Below are positions 37,541-58,968 of a stretch of 64,000 bases of DNA, piece after piece. A program made the translations under genes and the position numbers. Positions within the stretch are counted from its first letter, which is position 1. The number at the start of each line of letters is the position of its first letter. The DNA comes from Cercozoa sp. M6MM (taxonomy: Eukaryota > Protista > Endomyxa: Ascetosporea), in the NCBI GenBank assembly GCA_040357565.1, contig JBDODJ010000008.1; one strand, given 5' to 3'. Below the pieces are notes generated by a model. That model did no database searches. It worked only from the letters and a program-made list of their open reading frames with translations, and had not been told where the DNA came from.

Positions 37541-39205
37541 CACACACAGACACACACACACACACACGCACAGACAAAAACAACACAGACACACACAGAC
37601 ACACACANNNNNNNNNNNNNNNNNNNNNNNNNNNNNNNNNNNNNNNNNNNNNNNNNNNNNNNNNNNNNNNNNNNNNNNNNNNNNNNNNNNNNNNNNNNNN
37701 NNNNNNNCACACACGCACAGACAAAAACAACACAGACACACACAGACACACACACCTGCTCAGACGACACGAAGCGCGTACGTAATGTAGTCGCGATCTT
37801 TCGGATGCACTTCTGCGTGGCTGCTACCCTCCTGTGCAGGTGTGGTGATAGGGAGTATTGGGCACACATAAAATAATATATATATATATATAGATAATAA
37901 ATGTATACCGAGACTCTTGCGGCGACATCTGGGACACTTCGGACTTTGATGAAACGACAACGAGGGCTGCGGCGCCTGCTTCGGCCGTTGCCTCGCGACT
38001 GATCGGTCGAGACGGTAGCATTAAGACACGTACAGCATCAACAAGGAACCGGGTACCTTTTAAAGGCTCGACCCATACGTTCATACTTTTGGTCGAGAAG
38101 ACACCTGAAAGGCAACAGTGATGTGTGTATGTACAGCACACCAAAGGATGACACACCTTGCAGGCAGGTAGGTATCGTCTTTCGTCTCATGCAGCAACAA
38201 CGGGTTTGGGATGGTCGTACACCTGCATTTATCAGGAGTGTAAACTGACGTAGATACATGCACAGTGTAGAAGCAAGGTACCTACTGCCCAGGGAGGTGT
38301 AGCCGTGATCGTACAGCACGCAGTGCGGCACATTGTAGTGACAAAGGAAGTGCCACACGTGTGCATGGTCCCAACGCAGGATCGGATTCACTCGCAGCAG
38401 CGATGGCCAGCCCTGTCTCCATACCACACCATACACTTCTGTATTAAAACACACAGAAGGTACTACTTGAGAAACGTCGGTTCGCGAGCACACGTTCAAA
38501 CTGGAGGCACCTGTTCGTATCGATCATACCGGGAACACAAGATAAAACACCAAGCACACAAACTACCTGGATCAGCTTCGCGTTGGCCCATCAGCACGGC
38601 CTTTAGCGACGTGCCATTATGCCCTAAACATAAGGTACATAACGACAGACACGCAAGTGTGTGTATGTGTTTGCAGAAGAGAGCACCCTCATCAGAAGTG
38701 AGACACTCAAGCGCAGCTTTGAAATCGGCACCCAACTCAAGGAACCTTTGCGGAGCGCCATACTTCTCCTGCACGATCACAACAAACCATCGCAGAGCAG
38801 ACACGCAAGTACATGCAAAGGGCAAGCGTACATTGGCTGCATGCAGAAATTCCGATAACTGCTCGAACTCGTTGCGCTGGGCAAAGTACAGTACCGACAG
38901 ACCCGAGGATGCCACTCTGAGCACAAAAATCAAAAACGCAAAAGCAAAAGCGAAAAATACAACTTACGTTTGTCCACGGAGGTGCAACACTGCTCGCAAC
39001 AAATGCAGCAACACGACACAATCCTTGCCGCCGTTAAAGCTCAGCGCCAGCTGGTCCGGCCTGATCGAAACACAAAAATGCACATGCACAAATGCACAAA
39101 TGCAAAAGGTCGCTCTAAAACATACGAAAATCTGTCTAGACAGTCGCTGATAGCCTGTACTGCGGCGTGCAAGTGGCCTCGGAAGTCACTGCCGTGCTCG
39201 AGCAT
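37082..39205 (-). CDS. FLAD1: FAD synthetase (PAPS-reductase-like FMN adenylyltransferase) with divergent C-terminal extension
   Basis: [17 protein letters not shown]; [12 protein letters not shown]; [14 protein letters not shown]; [18 protein letters not shown]; ERMGR. Confidence 0.9.
37384..37755 (+). repeat. Compound (CA)n/(CACAGA)n intronic repeat with N-gap
   Basis: Direct. Confidence 0.95.
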
Positions 39206-39557
39206 GTTGGGGCCGGAATGTTGTGGGCCGGAAGTTATCCGCCGTCACACGATCGGGATATTCGACGTGACCCACGCACGGCGACCGTATGCGCAACTCT
39301 GACAGTGTTCTCCGTCACACACCTTTTGCAAGCACACTCGTGCACTGCAGAAACGCGCTTTAAAGCAGGGCCGCGCGCATTTTATTTTTGGGGCATTTTT
39401 CGACGGGCAGAATGCAACTGGGACAATGATAAACACGACTGTTTGTGCACCTTCTCGTCCCGTTTAGACGCGTTCTGAGCATCGAGCAGTTAATTTAGCA
39501 CGACAACACCGACACTGAAGCCCATCAGTTGCCTGCAGTAGTTTCCAACTGAAAAAG

Positions 39558-40863
39558 ATGCTGAAATCTTCCGGCTTGTTTGGCGAGATGGCTGCTCGAC
39601 AGCAGCAAGGTAGCTTTATTGTTTTGTTTCATTTGCAGTCTTACATTATCGTTTCGTGCAGCTGCTGTTGCCAAGGCTGCCGATGAGCTCGTTATGCGTC
39701 GCTACCTTCTCGACAGAAGGTAGTCCGAGTTGATACTGTCTCAGTAATCTTGTTGGCAGTGTGAAGTTCACACAGACAAAAGGAAGAAGTTCAAGAAGAC
39801 AAAGATGCACCCACAATTCTGGAGCCTGTTGGACGACGTGACCGACACCAACTTCTGCTCGATAACAACATTGATGACAGGTAGATTAGAGCCCAAACTT
39901 AGCAAAGGACTGAGAAAACCCACTCTGGTAAACTTGATGTACAACAGTTCGGATTCCGAGGACTCTGACGACTCTGCGTTTGGAGACGACTCTCTTCTTG
40001 CAGATATCCGGTAAAGCCTCCCTAAATACTTCCCCAATTTGAACATATCGATCTTGTCACAGAGCGAAGCGGCTTGCAGAACTGCGAGAAGAGGCAGAGA
40101 AACAGGTGTGTGCTTTGTTTACTTCGCGGTAGAAATTACTGGATGCAAGCAGTTTAAGTGGTGTGCGCGAGTAGGCACGCAATCGAGCCAAAGGCGTTGG
40201 CTCACTCGAAACTATTGAACAAGACGAGTTTTTGAAAGCTGTTACGGACGCTGACAGGTACTGTCGTGTGTCACTTCAGACCATGCATTTTAACTCTGCC
40301 AATGCAGGTGTGTTGTGCACTTTTTCCACCGCGAATTCGCGCGCTGCCGCATTATGGATGAACGACTTCGCGAAATAGCGCCGCGACAGCTCAAAGTAAG
40401 TTTACACAACCTGAAGGCGGATAATTGCTGTTATATCACGATGTATGGCACGCAGACTCGCTTCGTGCGAATGGACGCGGACAGCTCTCCGTTCTTTGTG
40501 GCGAAACTTGCTATTCGCACGCTGCCAACCCTTGTGTGTTTCGTGGATGGTCTCGCTGTAGACAGGTGCACTGTCTGATATCTGCTTCCCTCTCGATTTG
40601 ACAAACGTTTCGTATTGACAGAGTGGTCGGATTCGGTGAACTCGGCGGCACTGACGATTTCTCGGCAACAACGCTCGAGAATCGCCTGCTTAAGGCTGGT
40701 ACCCGTGCAAGTATATGTTATATGTCTTAATTTATGTCTACCAGATATGTATATAAAGACCGAGACATTATATTATCTGCTGGTATTGGGTGCAGGTGTT
40801 GTGCCTGATCGCAATGGCAAGTGGCGCAAACCAAAGGTGGCGCGTACATCCTCGCTTGCCTAA
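39558..40863 (+). CDS. TXNDC9: Phosducin-like protein 3 / thioredoxin domain-containing protein 9
   Basis: LADIRAKRLAELR; VVHFFHREFARCRIMDERL; FFVAKLAIRTLPTLVCF; VVGFGELGGTDDFSATTLENRL. Confidence 0.85.
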
Positions 40864-41091
40864 CTATAACCGCGCGAAATCTCTGCCCTGCTTCGAGGCT
40901 GAAGATTTGAGTTATGAATACGTTATTTTATTCGCATCATTCGATTGGAATGTTACTCCACGTGATCGCACCACCGTACGGCACTGCACTGTCCCGTGCG
41001 TCCCGTCAGTGGCAGTAGACGAGTGCAGTTGGTACACAGATCTAATAAATACGATAGACACAGCGAGAGTGAGTCCGTAGACCTCAACCTA

Positions 41092-41159
41092 AACGACATG
41101 GGGTTCGAACCTACGCACCCTATTTGGTCAGGCGCCTTAGACCACTCGGCCACCTGGGC
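41092..41159 (-). pseudogene. Degenerate tRNA-Leu-like sequence (pseudo-tRNA or SINE-like head)
   Basis: TGGCCGAGTGGTCTAAGGCGC (Leu-type D arm / A box) and GGTTCGAACCC (B box) intact; anticodon and variable arms shortened and acceptor stem does not pair. Confidence 0.6.
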
Positions 41160-41609
41160 ATATACGCAACTTACAAGCCATTCGAGACTGAGTACAGTGG
41201 AATCAACGGAGCTGTAAGCGGCCGGCTGCTGTTGCGGACCAACAGTTTAGGCGACGCTCGTACTACCATTACAGTATAAATTTTACTGTTGGGTGCGAAT
41301 TGCTGGATTCAAGTTCAGTTGCCAGTTGCTAAATTTACTACTGTAGCTATTCAGATCGAAGCGACGCCACGCATAGACATGCGCCGTGGCCCGTGCCGAA
41401 CCCATCAGTCCGAGCGCTACATTTAAATACGACTAAACCCGCTCGGTAAACCTCGGTCCAACTTTGGCACAAACCCAGACAAGCGAACGAAGCGTTTTGA
41501 ACGTTCCAAGCGGGTTGGGTAGAACTTCTGCCATTGAATTATCGATACCGAATGTGTGCTGTTTTACAGTATCTTTGCTGCAGTCTTGGCAGAGTGCTCT
41601 TATTCCAGC

Positions 41610-49631
<8,022 letters not shown>

Positions 49632-49922
49632 ATTAGTTCGTTCAGTCTCCAAAGAAACCCAGTTATGTAGTTTCCAGCCCTTACCGGGGTGCGGAGGATC
49701 ACGAACGCATGGCCGCTCGAATCGACATTGAAATAACACACCTTGGTGGATATATGAATCTCCTGTACATTACTACCGGACTACTTTGAAGGACAACTGG
49801 AATCAAATCACACACATTGTACAGCTTTTCCCCAGACTGTCAAGCCTGCGTTAAGTAGAGCAACAACGCACTATAACAGAGTGCAACTAAACCATTTAGT
49901 TGACTGGCCTCCTATTAGGGTA

Positions 49923-51389
49923 ATGTTGGCTGACAGGACGAGGGATTTCTTTGCGTTTGTCGATCCGAGCGGGGAAACGCGTCCAGGGACGAGATTCGAC
50001 GGCGCCGGGTACGCCGAATGTCATCCCTTTGAAAACGCCGCCGAGTCTATGGTACATTTTGCCTCTGTTTTCCTGTGTGAGACAATTTATTACGTGTGAC
50101 TGTTTTCAGTTGCGTGGCATTGTCGAGATGGCGACTCACATGCGGCGACAGCAGCTACAGCACCTCGTGCGAGACAGCAGTCGAAAGAACGACGAATCTA
50201 CCGAAACAGACGATAACGACAGTGAAGAAGCCTTTGAGCAGGGTGCTATATTCTATTGTTACCTTCTAATATAATTTAAAAAAAAATATATATATATATA
50301 TATGTATATGTATCTATTTGTATCACATTTGGACAGGCGTTCTGGAGTTTTCCACGGCTTGTGACAGCGAGATAAAGCGGTACTCGCTTTGTGTCTTTTT
50401 CGGTTCTTACCTTCTTTACCCCCCCCCCAGATGGCACAACGACAACGAAGAGGAATCCAACGAGTTGTTGCGGCAGCACTTGCGAGGGGTTGAGTTGGTG
50501 CCATGCCTCTTTGTCCTCTACCCATGCAGGTCTCAAACCTTTCCTGCAGTATCTTTACGACCGACTGGAGCAACTGACGCAAAAACTCGCGAAACTGCGC
50601 CAAATGCGACAGAAGCGAATGGAGGTTACTTTCACTTGGACTACTTATATGCAATATCCATATATGTGTAAGTGACAGGAAAAAACGCGATTGTTGAACC
50701 CGTTGGCTGAGCTGGCCGTCCGCGCGGACACGACCGCCGTTGGTCCCTCTGTCGATCTGGATGCCGACTTTGTGCCTGGTATTCATACTCGGTATCTCCT
50801 TCTTGCTGCCCTCTGGTACCACAGGTTGTTTCGCACAGGCAGTGAGCAACGAATGCTGCAGGAGGTTCTTCCGCTAGCTTGCTCTAGATTCGCATGTTCA
50901 ACTTGACTGTTGGTCCAGGAGGAAGCGGCCTTGTTGGCTCGACTCGACTCCGATCTCGATCAGGTGCGGCGCAACGAGCGGCAGATGCATATGTATGTCC
51001 TGTCTTGCATTCGTGCAAAACCCTCCCACCTCAGCGCTGCAGGATCGCATCGTTGGTGCGCAACTTCTCGTCGAAAGTGCGTGATCAAGCAGAGGTAGCA
51101 AACACGCGCTGTGAGCTGTCACAAAACTAGTCTGTCTGTGCAGCAACTGGACAGCATTCACGCGGAAGCTGTGGCCGCGAAAGCACACGTCGACGCCGCC
51201 GACGAGGAGCTTCACAAGACGCTTTCCGTACTGCCACTGACTCTGTGCTGCGGGAGAGGATCAGATACCACGAATCTCGTGTGTGTATGTGTGTGTGCGC
51301 AGTACGGCATCGGCGCTCGGCTTTATTTCTTAGTTCTAATGCTCGTGCTCGGACTGTCCGTGCTTTTTCTGGACTGGTATCACCCGTGA
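49923..51389 (+). CDS. STX18: ER Qa-SNARE, syntaxin-18 / SYP81 / Ufe1
   Basis: N-peptide MLADRTRDF; SNARE helix LDQVRRNERQMH..IASLVRNFSSKVRDQAEQLDSIH; C-terminal TM ending LFLDWYHP*. Confidence 0.85.
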
Positions 51390-51700
51390 TCACATGCGGC
51401 GTAGCCAGTAGTACATATACGATGCACTCGGCTGGTACTAGCATAGCACTAGTATAGTACTAGTTGACTACCGTACGTACATAGTTGCGTTGGGTTTGAA
51501 GTAGACTGAACGAACTACGCTAGGTGGGTGGAGCACTAGTACTGCCCTAGTCGAGTTGGTGAGTTAAGTTTCAAGTTGTCCGGTCATTGCATCGTGCACA
51601 CGACATGCGGTGGACACGATACTGCATGTACGCGGACGTACGTATGGTAGCGTAGTCCATGACACGATGTCAGCTGCGCAACGAACTCAGAAACCGTGCC

Positions 51701-54700
51701 TCAAGATGAGTCTTCGGCGCTGTGGTGCAGAGGAACCACTGCTCAGTATCGCACAAACAAACTTAGTACAGCTTGTCGAATTCGATCCCAGAAAACGTAT
51801 GGTCGTCTGTAGAAACTGTACCACCACCGCCGCCACTGCGGCGCCGTTTCGCCGGCGGTTCTTTGTCGTCTACAGTAACCAATATGCATCGACAAACCCA
51901 CCATCCCACAAGCACCATCCCATAAGGGCAGATAGATTGAGAGCACCTTTCTGCTCGGTGCGCATACCGTTGATACTGCCTTCAACCACTCTGCGCGCAT
52001 ACACAAGAGTCATATTTTTCGAGTCATACTTTCGGTACACGCAAGCCCCGAAAACAAGTGTACCCCAAGGAGTCGCAGAAGCGACGCTTGGAGTGCACTG
52101 TCACCAACGGCGGCGACGTCGCTGGCCTTGCCTACACCCATCGATCATCAGAGGAGGAGGAAAGGCGAAGACCACAAACTCACATCAGAGCGAGCGCGAC
52201 GGCGTGCAGAACGCGGAGCTTCCGACAGCGACGAAATTCGCAGTCGCGACTGTCGCAACCATGTTCACTCTCAGGTTGTCGGATAGGAACGGCTGAGAAT
52301 GCGTACCACAGAAGAAGCGTGACTGACTCCGTCGGCACTGAAACTTAGATTCGTGGCAACGAAACTGTCCTGTGCCTCTTTGGCCTATCGCAATTGCAGA
52401 CGAGTACAGTCGAAGGAAGTAGCATAATGAAGAAGTGTACCTGCGCCTGCCTGGCAATGGCATCGTTGTGCAACCGCTCAAACACATCGCCACCCGACAG
52501 CGGCCGACGTCGCCGTGGTCCTGAGTTTATGGCAACGCAACCATATCTGGTCAGACAGACACAGACACACCCTCTGCAACAGGTACCGTTGGGTGCAGGT
52601 GATGCAACAAATGACAGATCGGCCTGTTGAAAGTGGCTCACAGACACTCGAATACAGACAAGAAAGCACACACGAGGTACCAATGAAGTGGACTTGGACC
52701 GTGGCCGCGAGCGAATAAACTAAAATAAACACACCTTCAATAATTGAAATGGAACAGAAGAAAATGAAAATTACACTCGAGTCGGCAGGACGCCGTCTTC
52801 GAGTTCTCCTGGAGATAGAGACTTGACAAATCGATAGGCAGAAAGAAAGAAAGATAGTGAGATAGAACGATAAATAGAGACCAACAAATAGAGATAGAGA
52901 TAGATAGATCGAGGAGATATAAGGATAGATACGGATATATATTTATATAGTCATATATATATATATACATATATATACATACGTACAGAGAGATGAATAA
53001 CAGTGAATGATAGGACATACCCCTGCCGAGCAGGTGACAAGACGCGCTGTTTCTGTCGGCGCGCTCTCCGCAGGGCCGCTTCGATGCGTTGGGCCGGTGT
53101 GCCGGCACTGAGGACCTCCTGATCGAGCACGTCGTTGTCGTCGTTGTCATCCGACTCACCGTGGTCCGAGTCGCTGTCGTTGTTGCAGTTGCTCGTGTTG
53201 TTGGAGCTGTCATTGTCGCTGTGGCGGTCACTCAGCAGCGATCGCATGTCGGACAGACTCGCGTGCTGCTGCGCCAGCTGCGCTCGCTCCTGCGCTCGTC
53301 GTTCGACCTGGATCATGTGCTCAGCCTTTTCAGTATCTGCTCTGGCCTGTGCACACACCAAACTCCATGGCATGGAAATGAAAAAGCGCAAATGACGTAC
53401 TGCTGCAAGTTCGATGTGCAAGCGCTCATTCTTCCTGTGTGCGTCTTCCTGCAAGAAGCAACAAAGATACACAGCAACACCAACAGAGACAGTAATCGTG
53501 GCTACCAAAGAGACACGCAGGTCAACGACGCGATTGGCCAAAATCGTTGCTGTTGTAACCTACCAGCACAATCGATGTACAGCAAAGAATATGAAGGCCA
53601 AAGCTACCGCATCGGCGATTTTTCGCACTCGCGACATCAGCAATGGCGTCACAGCGACACCAGTTTCCGACAGCGGGCGTCCTGTGTACCAATGTTTCAA
53701 TCATGCCCCAAAGACCAATCTCAGGGTATCAGGTACCAGTCACTGGGTGACGTGGCCGCAGTTGCTCCAGCTGCTTCTCGCAGTCCACCACCTGCTCTCA
53801 CAACACAAGGTCATTCCATGCTTCAAGCCTGCTTGACCTGTGGGTGCTTACCTGCGCCCGCGAGTGACGCATCTGTTCGTCGATTCTACAACCAAGACAC
53901 AGCTGAGCAAAAACACCGTTCAAGTGTGAAAGTGTGGGAAAGCTACGCGTCCATAAACTCCTCAAGATTGCGCAATTCACACTCCAGGCGTTCCTTCTCC
54001 TCCTCTTGCATCGCTGCTTTTACACGAACCCTCAAGTCGTCCACTTGAGCGGCAATCTATCGCAAACAGCAAGAATCCACAAGCACAAAGTAAAGCATAT
54101 CAGCTTCCTTCGACAGTAGCTCTGTACATCTGCCTTGTCTCTCGACGCCTTCTGAAGTCTCTTCTCCTACAAATGACGCATCAGTCGGAAGGGCAAATTG
54201 CCAAACTCCCAAGATGCAAATTTACCAGTCCTTGAATTCGTTGACGCAGCTTGCGTCGCTTCAGCACGCGTTCCATCTCGGATTCCACCTGCAACAAACG
54301 CTTGAGTTGACAACAAACCGGCACTTCTTAAAGGTACCATTTTGACGCACTTCGGAGGTCCATCACTCGCTGTGCACAACCGCAAATGTGCCGACTAAAA
54401 ACAGAAATCATTTGGCTTATATATACGAGCTGCGGCAAGCGTAGGAACGCTCTTGCGGCGCTGTTTTTGCAACTGCTCCGTTTTTCGCTGCACTTGCGAC
54501 AGTAGCTGCGATCAAGCAAGGTGAAAACTGACAAAACAACGAAACTGTAAACAGCAAACAAAAGTACGCGCTTTTGATCGGCCTGAAGGAGCTGAATCTG
54601 CCGCTCCTTCTTTTTCTGCAAACATTTTGTTTAACTCAAGCACAGTTTGAGATACAAAGAAACGCACCAACGACCGTTCGAGTCCTTGCTTGCGCCGGAG

Positions 54701-57700
54701 CATCTGCGAATAAAAGAAAGTTATGACAAAATTAGACCAAGGACCGTGATAAGGCACCTGTTGACGCCACGTGCGGTGCGCAGTAGCTTCCTGTCCATTT
54801 CACAATTATAGCCTATGTCCATCAAAGCAGAGATTATATTGTACCTGTCGCAACTGTCGAAGCAGTTGAACCTGTCGCTTCTTCATTTCGTGCACGTGTT
54901 GTCGCGAGGTCTATCCCCAAAAACATACGGTGGGCGTTACACTATAGCATTGGGCTATGGTACGTTCAATCGAACTTCAAAACCGCGCGACAGTTGCACC
55001 AGCTTCTGCTGGGCTTTCAGTTCTGCGCAGAGCGAGTGTCACAATTTGTATTAAAAAGAAAGTAAAAGATTCGAGATACCAGCACGTGCTGTGCGAATGC
55101 GATTTTGCAGGAGAGAAATCTTCTGTTCAAACTCCTTGTTAGCCGAAGCGCGCTCCTCCTGTACCACAAGTTTGCGGGATTAAACTCAATACCACTCACT
55201 GAGGAACTGAGGATTTTGCGGTACCGTGTCGTTGGTACGACCGAGCACATGATCACGTTGTTTCTCGACCTCTCGCAGTTCGTTTTGCAAAGTCACAATG
55301 CTGCCGAAAGAAACACGTGCGTTGACTTTCATTGCTCAGTGTTTGAACATACCGTCGGTCATAAGCGTCCTTCATGCGATCCATTTCGTTTCGCGTCTGG
55401 GCACATTGAGTTATGACTGAAACGCCCTCGGACAAAACCTCTGTACCTGCAGTAGCTGTTCGACGAGTGCGAGTTGTGCTTTCAGATCCTACCAACAAAG
55501 GATTACGAGAAAGGGAAGAATACACGAAGCGTACATGCTCAAGATCGGCGACTTGTGCTCTCAGACGTCGCTGTGCACTGGAGTGTTCCCTCTCGCGCTG
55601 CTGCATCTGCCGCGACAGTTGTTCTAGTTCGTCGTGCCTTTCTTTCTCTGTCGCGCCAGAGCGCTCGTCATTGTCGTTCTCGTTTTCGTTCTCGTTATCA
55701 TTGTCATCGTTCTCGTTGTCTACGTCGCTGTCGTTTTCATGCATGTTGCTGTCCTCCACCTTGTCACTGTCATTGTGGGCACGAGCGGCATTGTTCGCCT
55801 CATTTGCTTCGTTCTCGTCCAACTGCGGTAGCAACGAGATGTTAGCATTGCCGTAAAGGTCGCCGAACAGGTCGCTTCTGCATCAAAGCGCAGGTGAGTT
55901 TGTACAGAAATTGAAGGAAGCAGAGTACGCTTGTCCCGTTAGTGCTAGAGACGATAGGTTTGGCAGCTGCGTCGAGTCTGTATCACCACGTGGTAGTGCA
56001 GGGTGTGTACTGTTGATATGTTCATATTAATACCACCGCCAGACACAGAAGCATCCAGTTGCTCCAGTCGACCTCTCAGTCGCTACACCCACGCACTTCA
56101 CAAACAAGCGAACACAAGAAGATTCAGCACCTCTGCCTCGAGTTGTAGCGCGTCGTTGCTCATGCGCATCTTGGCCACCTGGTCCATCGTGTCACGTCGC
56201 AGGCGCTGATTCTCTTTGCGCAGGTGCGCCACTTCCGTCTCCTCTGCGTTAATTATACATACACCGACAACACGTACAACCAAATGTACGTTTCTGCAGC
56301 ATGTCCTCCACGCCAGGGACATTGTGCTGCTGCAACATTTCGATGCACGCGTCACGTTGCGCCCGCGTGCTTTTCTGTGAGACACCAATGAATACACTGA
56401 CAATTACACTGACCGACTAAAAAACGCACGAGGTCAGTCTCAAGCCGCGTTAACTGTCGACGTAGCTGGAGATTTTCCTCGCGCATCGTCGTGTCTTCTT
56501 GCACCTGTCAAACACAAATCGGGCTTTAGTCACAGAATCGACACGTTTACACGCAGACACAAAGAGGATACATCAAAAACGTGTCCAGGCGACTTCAGCT
56601 TTAATGCGGCTTCAAGTCGTTTAATGTGCTCACGCAACTCGGCCAGTTTTGCGCTACAATACGGAGAGTAAAACGATAATCGCAGTCGCTAGGACAGAAG
56701 AGGTACCTATTTGGATCGCGATTCACGATCGGTCGGTTTTCGATGTTCTTTGCACGATTGGCGTATCGACTTTAAAAGCAAGCCATACATTATCGTTCGC
56801 ATCGAAGATCAAGCAAGAAGCAAGCATACAGTGCATTGAGCGACTCATCAAAGTTTGAATCGGCAGGCGAGATGCAAGCGATCTATTGTCACGCTAGATC
56901 CTAAAACAACACAACAAGATGTGGATGACGTTACCATCAAAGTTCGCGCATTGCCGCCCAACGAATCTCTGGGACAAAGTAACCTTAAAGTCCCTTTACA
57001 CCTCCGAAAGCAAAACTCGCATACTGCAGTAGTCGCGTAATCTTGCTGTCTCGGAACGGCACGTGCGCTTTTTTCTGTGAATGAGGAATAAAAAAAGAAG
57101 AAGACTGAGGAAAAAGGCGCACCTCAGACAGTGCGGCGATGCAGTTTCCCAGTGCCAGTAATCCCTGCGTCATTGAAATTCTTGTTGATTTCGTCAAAAA
57201 AGCCAAAACACAAACAACGGTACCGTGTTAATAGAAATGCCCTCCTTTAGTTGCGCGCCTTCCGCACCCTACCGAAGGACAAAAAGGAGACGGACAATAA
57301 GACAAAGCAAAGGCGGCTAAGAATGTGACCGTACAGTGCGTTTAACGCGTTCGGAACCAGCGAGATCGACGAAATGAAACTTTGACGTCAGAAAGCTGTC
57401 CTCTTCGCCTTCTGTGAAGAAAGAAACCTCAAGAGCGAAAAAGCAATAAACTATGGAGAGACTACCTTCAGTGGCACGCTGTGTTAGGTATACTGTGAAA
57501 ACAGCGTGCGACCTCGACGAATGCGCGTTCATTTTCGTCGACGAAGTCTTGCTACAGAATGAAACGACGAGTCAATGACTAGACATACATTTAAACACGG
57601 CTATTTACCGATACAAAGAACCCCGTTCCAGAAGCGACAGACACTCGTCAGCAGATGTCACCTACACACTTGCTCGTAAGCTACCTCCTTACAGTATGGT

Positions 57701-58679
57701 GCCATACTGCATGTTCGCCTACGCCTTGCACAACCAGTTCGCCTCCTCTGCCCTGTAGCAACGCACTTTTTCATACACAATGTCGCTCGCTTTTCTGCAC
57801 AGGAAGACACCTCGCGAATCGACGGAATTTCGTCATCATTCGGCGCCAACAAATCGCGCAGCGTCTCCTTGTGGACTGTGTGCACCAACGTACTGACCCT
57901 CCCATTAACCCCCTTTTGACAAATAACCCCACCTTCGAGGAAAGTGACTCGGACGGCGCAATCACTCTCATCGCTACTGCTGTTGACGTAGTCGAAAATT
58001 GCATCGATCACACGAGGTACCACACCTGTAATCAAGGTGCTTACACAGAGCATTCTCCTCACGCCCTGTCAATATCGTTAAAGCCGTACCCCTGTCGACA
58101 TCGGCGTCGGTCCTTGCACCCGCAGAGGTGCCCATCGTGTGCGTCTTGCCCGATCCCTTCAAAGCACCACGGATAAACAGCGATCCACCCTCCAAGACTA
58201 AGACTGAATACCGTCTGTCCGTAGGCGAAGACCGTCGCATTCATACCCTGCATGAACCGCACAAATATAGCATCAGTAAAAAACAAAAGAAACATTTTAA
58301 TAGGCAGCACCTTGAGAAACACATCAACCAGCGGCGCAACGCAGCGGTCGAAAACAGCGCTTTGTTGCGTCGATGGCGCAAACACGTTGTCGAATGTGAA
58401 CCGGTGTCTCTGCTCAGTAGAAAACAGAACAATAAGGGAAGGGTAATAGCTAAAGGTGGCTAGGGGGTAAAGATAAAGTGTATATACCCCATCCTCGCCG
58501 AGTTGGAGTTCCTTCTCGCGCGGAAACTTCACGACATCGCGAGCATCGTTGACTCGCTCGCCGCCCAAACTGCGTTCAGTCGCGTAGTGTTACTTTGAGA
58601 CCCAAGATCTAAATGAGAGCACATACAGTGGTCGAACGCGTACGGCGACATGCACGGCGTCGGCGCTGCGCGTGCTCAT
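51701..58679 (-). CDS. Kinesin with N-terminal motor and long coiled coil (kinesin-4 / KIF4-KIF21-KIF27-like)
   Basis: VHVAVRVRPL; FTFDNVF; NATVFAYGQTGSGKTHTMG; MNAHSSRSHAVFT; SKFHFVDLAGSERVKRT; GLLALGNCIAAL; HVPFRDSKITRLLQ; 3' end approximate. Confidence 0.92.
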
Positions 58680-58968
58680 GCCGCCGTTGCCAAAACTGTT
58701 TTCACACAAAAAAACTCCAAATTGACTTGCAAAAAACTTGGGCGTTTTTGGTACACTGCACGGATCGCGTCGCAAAGCTCTCCACTGCCCTCCTTGGGTT
58801 TCTGTGACGGCGCGTGCCACTACGACAGATCTGGAAGTGCAGCTCGCGTTCTGTGGAAAAAGTTAAAGGGGTAGTTTTCAGCTCCAGAACGCAAGCAGGC
58901 TCAGTGCAGGCGCGTGTATTTATTTTTGTTAGTGAAACGAGGCTGTTTCGAGGCACAGGACGCCAGAA

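Noticed and set aside
41092-41159. Functional tRNA, including a short-anticodon-stem Trp(CCA) suppressor
   Set aside because: No U33, malformed anticodon loop and unpaired acceptor stem
51610-54048. Plus-strand ORFs of 228 aa (51610-52296) and 319 aa (53089-54048)
   Set aside because: They are antisense to kinesin tail exons that show proper intron structure on the minus strand
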